In this document: piece by piece, positions 11,101 to 20,000 of the stretch
How the letters are laid out: every line of letters begins with the position of its first letter
How positions within the stretch are numbered: position 1 is the stretch's first letter
Source of the DNA: Proteromonas lacertae
Taxonomy: Eukaryota
Assembly (NCBI GenBank): GCA_002245135.1
Contig: NGBS01000884.1
Location: 54,514-74,513 of the forward strand
DNA: 20,000 nt
Reading direction: 5' to 3'
Position numbers and translations under genes: made by a program
Notes under the pieces: model-generated
Database searches by the model: none
Seen by the model: the letters and a program-made list of their open reading frames with translations, nothing else
What the model was told of the DNA's origin: nothing

Positions 11101-11812
11101 ACAATATAGTAAAACCTCCATCAAACAATATAGTAAAACCACCTTCATCAAACAATATAGTAAAACCACCTCCATCAAACAATATAGTAAAACCACCTCC
11201 ATCAAACAATATAGTAAAACCATCAAACAATATAGTAAAACCACCTTCATCAAACAATATAGTAAAACCACCTCCATCAAACAATATAGTAAAACCACCT
11301 CATCAAACAATATAGTAAAACCTCCATCAAACAATATAGTAAAACCACCTCCATCAAACAATATAGTAAAACCACCTCCATCAAACAATATAGTAAAACC
11401 ACCTTCATCAAACAATATAGTAAAACCACCTCCATTAGGAATGGTATTTACTAGTTCATCGAGTGATAGATTATCAACTCTCTCATCTAGTAGTAGAATA
11501 TTACTTCCATCGTCTGAAGATGGAGTAGCTGATCCTCCATCAAGTGATAGAATATTACTCCCATCATCTGAAGATGGAGTAGCTAATCCTCCATCAGGTA
11601 ATGTGCGGAGTAATGCATCTAGCAATGAAGTAATATCTCCTCCTTCAAGTAATAGATTATCAACTCTCTCATCTAGTAGTAGAATATTACTTCCATCATC
11701 TGAAGATGGAGTAGCTAATCCTCCATCAAGTGATAGAATATTACTCCCATCATCTGAAGATAGAGTATATCTTCCATCTAGTGAAATGAATAACAGGCAG
11801 ATAAAAAATTAA
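8152..11812 (+). CDS. Type-I surface membrane protein: signal peptide, 2x [galactose-binding-like jelly roll + discoidin-like + Cys module], Thr/Pro stalk, TM helix, repetitive Ser/Pro cytoplasmic tail (frame broken in minisatellite)
   Basis: 969-aa ORF 8152-11061 with a probable in-frame 30-nt intron 8186-8215. Internal repeats YxRxxF...DGxIxxxNGxEIF and PKxIxIxxSxD...WxxxYxNxDLG. TM helix IIYLTLLIISASIIIVLLIVIVYL. The tail continues through PPSNNIVK repeats into ORF 11441-11812. Confidence 0.75.
10435..10548 (+). repeat. 27-bp coding tandem repeat x4 (PTTQTPT[K/R]T), mucin-like stalk
   Basis: ccaactactcaaac(t/a)ccaacaa(a/g)aaca repeated four times. Confidence 0.9.
10963..11425 (+). repeat. 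Coding minisatellite, 18 units of 21-29 bp with core TCAAACAATATAGTAAAA (PP[P/S]SNNIVK)
   Basis: Unit lengths read by eye: 24,28,29,21,23,27,24,27,27,27,21,27,27,26,24,27,27,27 (total 463 bp). Confidence 0.9.
11462..11762 (+). repeat. Nested coding repeat: 54-bp unit (RILLPSSEDGVAxPPSSD) within a 186-bp higher-order duplication
   Basis: RILLPSSED occurs 4 times; agattatcaactctctcatctag occurs at 11468 and 11654. Confidence 0.85.
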
Positions 11813-12521
11813 TACTCATTTCATTAACAATTTTATTTTATTCTTTTTTATTCTTCTATTATATATGCAATAATGAAATATCACAATGCACAATAAGAAT
11901 CAATACATTGATTTATTTATATATTCCAATTAGCAAATACAATTTAAAATTTACTGTAAATGAAGAAAATATATGAGCTAAGATGATTTACTAATATGAA
12001 GACGATTAATTTTCTTAATATTAAGTGTTAATTTAAATTATAGATATTTGTAAATCGATTATTTATTAAGATAATGAATATTATAACTTCCACATAAACA
12101 CTTAATAGCACATGTTGCATGAAGTATATAAAGCAATAGAACAGTACATAATGATATAAGGAATTTGTTTAGCGTTATTTGATGTATAATAACACATATT
12201 AAAGAAATTATTATGAATAGTTTTACAATTACATGCTTGATACTATTAAAAGAATAAAGATCTATTGAGATTAATTAACCATTTTTGTTCTTACAATATT
12301 ATGATATATGCCTTATGGACATATTAAATTTATAGTGAATATGTATTACTAACTTTTTTAAAAATAGATTCTTAGTGTTTTGTTTTTTATTGTCTGTAGC
12401 TATAAACAAGTATTAGAATAAATGTAATAATAGTTAAATGTTGTAATAATTGTGTTCAGTTGATGTATTTTATAAAACAAATGTTCAATTCTATTCTGAC
12501 AATAGCCAATTAAAAGTGAGC

Positions 12522-15500
12522 ATGAATAAATATTTGTGGTTTTTGTTTATTATCTCATTATATGGTGTATCTTCAACATCATATAATGATTTCGATGTAT
12601 TGATAGAAGCTGATTCACAAGATTCTTTATATGTTGTAATCGACAGCAGATATTACAAAATATTAAACAAATATGATTTTAATATAACGCCAGGTATGAG
12701 TATTAGTAGTCTTACAACTGATGAAATCGCCTACACTTCAAAGATTTCTTCTTATGATTATGTACCTGAGCTAGACACAATTGAAAACAGTATAAAAAAT
12801 CGCCGTCTGAGTGGTGAATGGAGTAATGAGTTTTTCGGAAAAACAAACATAAGAATAGCCATCTTAAGAGCAATATGGCCTAGATTCAGTGATCATCCTT
12901 ATCAGCGCACGTCAGTAGAGAATATGCGCATAGCGCTTGAAGAATTAAATCATGCCATAAGATTATGGTCAGGAAATCAGATTGGTTTAAATGTGAGTGG
13001 TTGTTATATACCTGAATGTTTAGATGGTGTTAGCGACGCAGAATATGCAGATACATCAAATCATGAAGAAATGGTTAGTGTTTGGTACAACAGAATTCTA
13101 AGTTGGTATAAATGGCCAAATGGAATTAAAAAAAGAGACTTTCCAACCTTGCAATGTCATTTGGTAATGTAAAAACAGGTTGGGTTGGTATAGCTTCAAA
13201 AGCCAATATTCCTAGAACTTGGTATTTTAATGCTCAAACAAGAAAATGCTGGTTTTAATGCACCAATTATTCGTCATGCTTTAGTTCATGAAACAGGTCA
13301 TAATATGGGATTTAGTCATGCTGGTGGTCGTTCAGTAGATGATACAGGCCAATTACTAAGATATAATATGATAAGTGGTTATGGTGATGAAAATAATTAT
13401 ATGGGAAATGGTGATTGGTATCAATCAATTTCATCTCGAATGTATAAATATATAGTTTGTAGTGGTAATCCGCAGCCATGGCATTGGTTTAAATTAGAAG
13501 AAGTTGGTACTTATACTGTGAGATTATATACTTATGATCATCCTTATTCAAGACATTTCTTTGGTCCAACCACTCCATATCATACTGATGATGAAGAATT
13601 TGATGGTGTTAAAATGAAGTATACAACAATGTCATTAGAAATCCCTTTTGATAAAGATACAATGGTTAGTCAACTTGATATGAATGGATTTAGATATATG
13701 TCTACAATGTTAGATTATCGATATACAGAAGCTGGACAGCAAGCATGGCCTGCTCGAAGTTTAAGATGGTTATGGGGAATTATTGAAGCAAATCAAGATA
13801 AAGATAATTTATTAGATATCGATGTAGATGGAATGTGGGGAAACAAGAATGGTTGGGGAGATAATCAATTACCACTTGGTGTAACTTGGACTCCAAAACA
13901 TATTGATAGAGGAACAATGACATTTAGATTAATTAGAATTCATCCTGGAACTTTAGACTCAACAACATTTGAAGCAATAGATGATGTAAAACAAAGAGAA
14001 TATGATGAACCTGCTTATGTGGATATAGAAATTACATATAAACCAGGAGTTCCATTTGTTAAACCTTCACCACCTAATTTCCCAACATATATAAAATCTT
14101 CTTCAATTATTTCATGTACAACTGATGAAGTGGCAAATACAATGAATTGTCAATCTCAGACTAAGACCTTTTGGTTTTATGGCGTAAGTGAAGGTGATAA
14201 TAATATTCCTCGAGTATATAGAGGTGATGAAATATATATTGGATGGAAGGAAAGCAGTTTCATCATATAATGGATTTAATTATGCTAGTTATTTCCATTG
14301 TTTTGGTGAAACAATAAATCATCGATGCGTTAAAATAACAGTTAATGGTTTTTCTCAAAGTGGTATTAGTAATGTGAACTTATGGCATGATTCAACAGTT
14401 TTAATTGGACCAGATGATCAATCTCTATCATTCAGTTATGCTGGAAATTCAATATACTTTAAGACTGCAAATAATCCATCCAAAGTAACAATAGGTGATA
14501 TATATGGAGGAGAAGTAGATGTTACTAGTTATCTTGTTGGTGGATTTATATTTTATAGACTTCCCGATTTTACAGTAGATGGCTTATTTGAAGGTGCAAT
14601 AAGAACTCATGATGTTTCTGGAAATATAATTTCATATTATAATTTTCAAATGACAAGAGGAAATAATACAGATCGAATTGCCTTTAGTAAGAAAAGAGAT
14701 AATGGTAAATATGAGATAAGTGCTGCTGCAATTCCAGTAAATAAATTCACAGCTCCTACAATGTTATTTAGTCATACTCTCCAACCAAATATGAAATTGT
14801 ATTATCCAATAGTTCATTTAAAGAAGAATGATTATATTTATATTGATTTTCATGGAATAATTCCTGAAAGTTTGAAGATGGAAACAGAAGTAGAAAATGG
14901 AATAGCTGAATTTGATTTAGGTGAATTAAGTGGATATAAAGATATATCTTACAAAGTAGTATGTTTAGATGTAATGCATATGACAAAAGGTTGGTGTGAA
15001 TTTTATTCATTTACATTCAATAAAGAAATCACAGTATTAAGTATAAGAGAAGTCTTATCAACAAAATTTGGTAATCAAAGATTAAACAGAAATGCAGGTA
15101 ATAGTAAATTTGGTTATAAAAGTCAAAGATATGGAATAGTAATAAATCCAATCAAAATAGAATATATTCCATTCAAAAAGACAATCAATGGAATTGAATA
15201 TGATTTTGATAATGTTAATAGATATTATGAATTAGGAAATAACGTAAAACCACCAACTCCACCAGCACCAACAACAACACCTCCTCCTCCTATACCAGAT
15301 TTATCTACAAATGAAGAAATCAAAGTAATAATAAAAGGTGGTGAAAATGAGTATAGTACAATAGTTTATAAATTAAAAGACAAATACAATCGTTTAATTG
15401 AATTATTTTCTTCATTAAAATCTGGTGAAAATCGAATAAGCAAATATACTAAACATGAAGATTATTATGTTTATTATGGAAATAAGGTTAGTAAAAATAA

Positions 15501-18500
15501 ATGGACAAATTCTGAAATAATCATCTCCATTGTTGATGGTCCAATATTATTTAATGGAAGTTATGATGGAAGTGAAGAATTAAACTCTTATCATGTGATA
15601 ATAAAGAATTATATGAAAACAAACAAAAACTTGAGATATAGTGATGTAGAACCACATGATGGAAGTTGGAAAGAAGGACACAGTGTGAATACTTGGAAAG
15701 ATGGAAGTTCACACTTAGATTCACTTGGAAATGTGAATAAAAGATATTATTATAAATCAATCGAGTTTCGAGAATCAATGGAAGAGATTATTTCATTTTA
15801 TATGAAAATGAAGATATGTGGAAAAGCCAAAATTTATATGAATAATATCTTAATTTGAATAATAGAAAAATCCAGCTTAGATGATTATTATGAATTTACA
15901 ACTCAAAGTGATATAATAAAGAATGGAATAAACCATTTAGCGATAGAATTTGAGAATACAAATAATATAGAAGATGATATATTTGAAATTAGCCAATTCT
16001 TTTTCTTAACAGTTGATCCAAATCTTGTTTATTTACCTACCACACCTCCTCCAACAAGAAATCCATCTGATTTGAGTCTAATAACTGAAAATACTGTATG
16101 GGAATATACAGATAATATTCAATATGATGAATTATGGAGTGCTTTCTATAGATCAGATTTAGTTAATTGGAATAAATCATCAGAAACTCATTTTGAACCA
16201 AAATCAGCAATAAGTCGATATTATCGAACAACCTTTACAATCGAAAGTGAATTATCTGTAGTAGGAACTCCTCGATTAGAATTGAAGTTTAGCGAAGGAA
16301 TAATCGTTTATATAAATGGATTTGAAATCTATCGATACAATTTAGAAGGTGGAATAATTCAATCAGATATGAAAGCAATAAAATCTTTTACAATTCCTAA
16401 AATTAAAATAATAATGATTCCTTTGAGTGTAATTTACCAAGGTAGAAATTTTATATCAGTAGAAATTCATGAGAATAAAGAAGTATTAAACAAAATTGAT
16501 TCATTCTATTTGAGATTAGGAATAACTGATCCAATATATGATGAAAAGTTAATGACTCCTAATATTGATGTAAATATTAATCATTATACTAAAAAAGAAG
16601 GTTTGAATTGGGCTAATCCTACTGGAATTCATGATGATTATGAAAATATAGGAACAATAAATAAATTCAACTATAATTATGGTATTGCTGATGTATTACC
16701 TTGGAATACAACAATCTCATTAAAGAGTGATGAAGCAAGATATGTGAATGTATTTAAGTTAGCTGCTTGTACCAATTCTGCAGTTACTCATCCAAAGAGT
16801 ATAATCGTATATGGATCAACAGATAAAGATAATCCAGATTGGGATGAGATATATCGAAATGAAGATTTGGGTTTTGAATTAACAACAACTGCTGCTTCAA
16901 TTAGTAGTTGTTCTGATCAAGTAACCATTACACTTCCAACTTATAAATCATATGAATCATTTAAATTCACCATATTAACAACAGGTAGTTATAATAAATG
17001 GATTCAATTCAGATTATTAACATTTAGCCAATCCAGACCAAAGATATGTAAAAGTGAAGGAGAATATCCAAATGGATTTGGAAATGGTATAGTAAGAATT
17101 CCTTGTAATGAAATTGGATTTAAAAGTCGAAAATGTAAAGAAAATGGTTATTGGGATAGAGATATTGATGATAGTATGTGTAATGTTTATCCAACAATAC
17201 CTCCACCAACTATACATCCTGATGATTCTTCATTAATAAATACTAATGATTTCTATTATACTGATACTCCTCAAAATGATTTATCTTGGATTTCTTATTT
17301 TAAACCTGATGAAGATGGTTGGATAAAAGCCAGCTAAATTTCCTATGATTTATACAATAACCAGATATTATCGAAACACTTTTACTTTAAAAAGTAATTT
17401 AACAGCAATTAGTTATCCTACTTTTAAAAGCAGATTTTATCATGGAATTGTAGTATATGTAAATGGAAAAGAAATATATCGAAAAAATATGCCTGATGGT
17501 GTTGTTAATTCTGAAACGTTAGCACTTGATCAAAATGGTTTTCTTGATGCATTTTTAATTAGAATTCCTCCAAGTGTTCTTCAACAAGGAACAAACTATA
17601 TAGCATTTGAAATGCATAAAATAGCTAAACCAGCTGGATATGGAGATTTATCTGAATCATCTTTACAGGTATTAGAAAGTTTTAAAGATGAGATAATAGT
17701 TACACCAAATATTGATGTAGAAATAGAATCATTTCCACATACAGATGGTCTTTTAATCGATAATGAAACAGAATCAACAAGATATGATTATGATAATATG
17801 AAATCAATAAGTAAGTTTTTATATTATAAAGGAAATAATGAAACAATATCTTCTCAAAAAGATGTATTACCTTGGACAACCATAATCAAGTTTAAAGGAT
17901 TTGAAGCACGATATTTTAATACATTCCGACTAAGTGGTTGTCTTGATGATGTTCAATCATATCCAAATAATATAAAGATATTTGCAGCAACAGATAAAAA
18001 ATATCCATATTGGGAAGAAATATATTCAAATACTAGTTTAAGCAATGGTCAAGAAGAAAGTTGTGAAAATCAATTATCAATTCCAATCGAGATTTATAAA
18101 TCATATGAAATATTTAAAGTAGTTGTATATGATACAATAATATGGAAAGATTATATTCAATTTAAATCATTGATGTTTAGTCAAAATCGAATAAAAGTGT
18201 GTGAATCAGAAGGTGGTTATCCACAGACAGCTGGTGGTCTTACAGTTCGAATTGATTGTGATATAAGAGGATATGAAACTCGAAAATGTGGCTATGATGG
18301 AAAATGGTTAGAAGCTGATCTGAGTAATTGTGAAAAGAAAAACATGCCAACCACAATTGCTCCAACAACTCCAAAACCAACAACAATTCCTCCAACAACA
18401 CAATCTCCTACCACACTAAATCCAACAACAATACAACCAACAATTCCTCCAACAACTCCAAAAGCAACTACTAATAGTCCAACAACGATTAAACCAACAA

Positions 18501-19343
18501 TTATTTTACCCACAACACCAAAACCGATAGAAACAATAGATATTGAAATTAGATTGTCAAATATTAGCAACACCTACTCAACAGAATTGAATGAAAATGA
18601 TAAGGATATTATAAAAGATTCAATAATCGAAATATACAAAAGAGAAGGTATAACATTAAAAAGAGAAGATATTGAAGTAACTAATATTGAGAATGATAAA
18701 CAATTGTTATTAAGAGATTAGCTAATGAAATGAAATTTGAAGTTACAATAACAGTTCCAGAAGAATCAACTAAAGAAAGTAATAATCGAAATAGCCGAAA
18801 AATTATTGAATAATAAAAAGTTACATGAAAAAATCAAAACAATATCTGATTCATCTGAAGAAAAAACAATCTTTAAAGATGCTAATGTTGATGTAATTGG
18901 AGTAGAAAATAAAACAATATATCCATCCAATCAAGATAATATAGGAGGTAAAGATGATAATAATAGTGATGGTGGTAGTTTATCAGCTATTGTAATAGTA
19001 ATAATAATAGCCGTTGTTGTATTTATTATAGTAGTTATTGCTGCAATACTTGTGATTCGAAGAAAAAGAATAACTGTCATTCATGATCCAGAAATAACAA
19101 CTACAAAGCAAATCCCAAACCAAAAAAAACAGAATCTTTAGATGATGATAAATGGGCTATTAAAGTTGATAGAAAAGTAAAAAGGACTGTTGAATTGACA
19201 GAAATTGATGATAAATCAAAAATAAGTGATGTAAAGAAAGAGAATGATGATAGTGTAGAAACTATAGAAGTAATCCATCGTAACCAATAGTAAATAACAA
19301 AAATCAAACCTCACTTCCTCTTAGAAGAAAGAAAAGCACATAA
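12522..19343 (+). CDS. Giant type-I surface metzincin protease (gametolysin/M11-like) with jelly-roll/discoidin modules, Thr/Pro stalks, SEA-like domain and TM; ~2,270 aa if frame-corrected; disrupted in this assembly (pseudogene or sequencing errors)
   Basis: Signal MNKYLWFLFIISLYGVSS; propeptide ending KNRRL; HETGHNMGFSH (13287-13319) followed by YGDENNYMG (Met-turn). ORFs 13230, 14188, 16072, 17345 and 18806 form one colinear protein joined by +/-1 shifts and a TGA at 15856. TM helix AIVIVIIIAVVVFIIVVIAAILVI-RRKR. The end is TAG 19290 or, with one more shift, TAA 19343. Confidence 0.7.
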
Positions 19344-19563
19344 AGAGTAATACTTTATATCGTTTGTGAAATTATATTATATTTCATTTGTTATTTAGAT
19401 ATGTGTGTATATGTTAGTATAAAAGAGAAAATAGAGCTATTAATTGAATTATTCTGTTTTTAAAATCTTGGGTTAATGAAAATAAGTTTGGTTCAGCTTG
19501 TTTTCATAGAAAGTTCGAAGTAAGCTTCTATATTTACATAAAAATTCTATTTACATAAACAGT

Positions 19564-20000
19564 ATGAAAGCAATTAGAGAGATTAATGATGAAGGGTATA
19601 TATTATAATGTTTACTATATAGGTTATACTCTGAAATGATTAAAGAAGGGTTTACTGACGTTGTTTTTATGATCGAAAATGAAGAATTCGCTTCAGTTTC
19701 TTCAATTTTATGTGTATCAAATCCAAAGTTAAAAAACATTATAAAAGAAAGTAAAGAGAGTGATAAAATCCCTCTTCCTGATCAAATAACCAAGAGAGCA
19801 TTTTCACTATTATGCGATTATTATGGTTATGGAACAATTGAAATAAACAATGAAAATGTGAATGAATTGTTGTTATGTTGTCATCTTTTAAATGAAGAAC
19901 GTCTGTACAATAAATGTGAGAAATATATTAAATCTAATACAAGTAAAGAAATAGTGATTAAAATGTTAGATCAAATTAAATACTTTCAAGGCAATTTATC
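19564..20000 (+). CDS. BTB/POZ-domain protein, 5' part (runs off window); exons 19564-19595, 19623->20000
   Basis: 27-nt GT-AG intron 19596-19622. FTDVVFMIENEEF...ILCVSNPKL...IPLPDQITKRAFSLLCDYYGYGTIEINNENVNELL...LYNKCEKYI fits the BTB pattern. Confidence 0.8.

Noticed and set aside
10963..11425. CRISPR-like array of 18-bp repeats
   Set aside because: The intervening sequences are 3-11 bp variants of ccacctcca, not unique spacers. The context is eukaryotic coding sequence with no cas genes.
10997..11625. Minus-strand ORFs (GGFTILFDE / VLLYCLM repeats)
   Set aside because: Antisense shadows of the minisatellite and tail repeats.
11813..12521. Possible RNA gene or mobile element in the 700-bp AT-rich spacer
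   Set aside because: No tRNA, snoRNA, terminal-repeat or transposase signal was recognisable by eye.
13164..13193. 30-nt GT-AG intron that would remove both stops between ORFs 12450 and 13230
   Set aside because: Formally in frame, but G-rich unlike local introns, and it would discard the M11-like GWVGIA/TWYFN sequence read in the shifted frame. Disfavoured but not excluded without RNA-seq.
14224..14257. 34-nt GT-AG intron explaining the +1 shift
   Set aside because: The GTG donor and purine-rich body do not resemble local GTA...TAG AT-rich introns. A single extra G restores EIYIDGRKAV more simply.
15818..15899. Intron removing the TGA (GT 15818-AG 15865, or AT-AC 15845-15899)
   Set aside because: The first creates a TAA at the junction and deletes conserved residues. 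The second is 55 nt and breaks the frame.
13128..19141. Euplotes-style stop-codon-directed +1 frameshifting
   Set aside because: Shifts occur in both directions, are best placed away from stop codons at several sites, lack a shared AAA-TAR motif and are absent from neighbouring genes.
613..19739. Other short antisense ORFs in the track (613, 1308, 5474, 8202, 8946, 14768, 15551, 17017, 18292, 19101, 19551)
   Set aside because: They overlap better-supported genes on the opposite strand and look like compositional shadows.
1..20000. Stop codons completed by polyadenylation (Blastocystis hallmark)
   Set aside because: Every gene modelled here has a genomically encoded TAA or TAG, so none is required.

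Overview
AT-rich, gene-dense eukaryotic DNA with very short spliceosomal introns (about 26-52 nt, mostly ~30 nt). This is the architecture known from Blastocystis-like gut stramenopiles (the taxon is an inference). The left ~7.5 kb holds compact genes: the 3' end of an LSD1-like zinc-finger gene, an N-terminally anchored metallo-beta-lactamase-fold hydrolase, a ZFC3H1/Red1-like protein, a secreted ML-domain protein with cystatin-like repeats, a small membrane protein and TAF7. The hydrolase can only be assembled through a 47-nt AT-AC (U12-type) intron. The right part holds two large, nearly intronless type-I surface protein genes that share a repeated jelly-roll/discoidin-like/Cys-module unit. 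The first has a frame-breaking minisatellite in its cytoplasmic tail. The second is a ~2,270-aa metzincin (gametolysin/M11-like) surface protease whose frame is interrupted by about 7-8 single-base shifts and one in-frame TGA. A BTB/POZ gene starts at the right edge. All gene models were derived by eye and no database searches were run.
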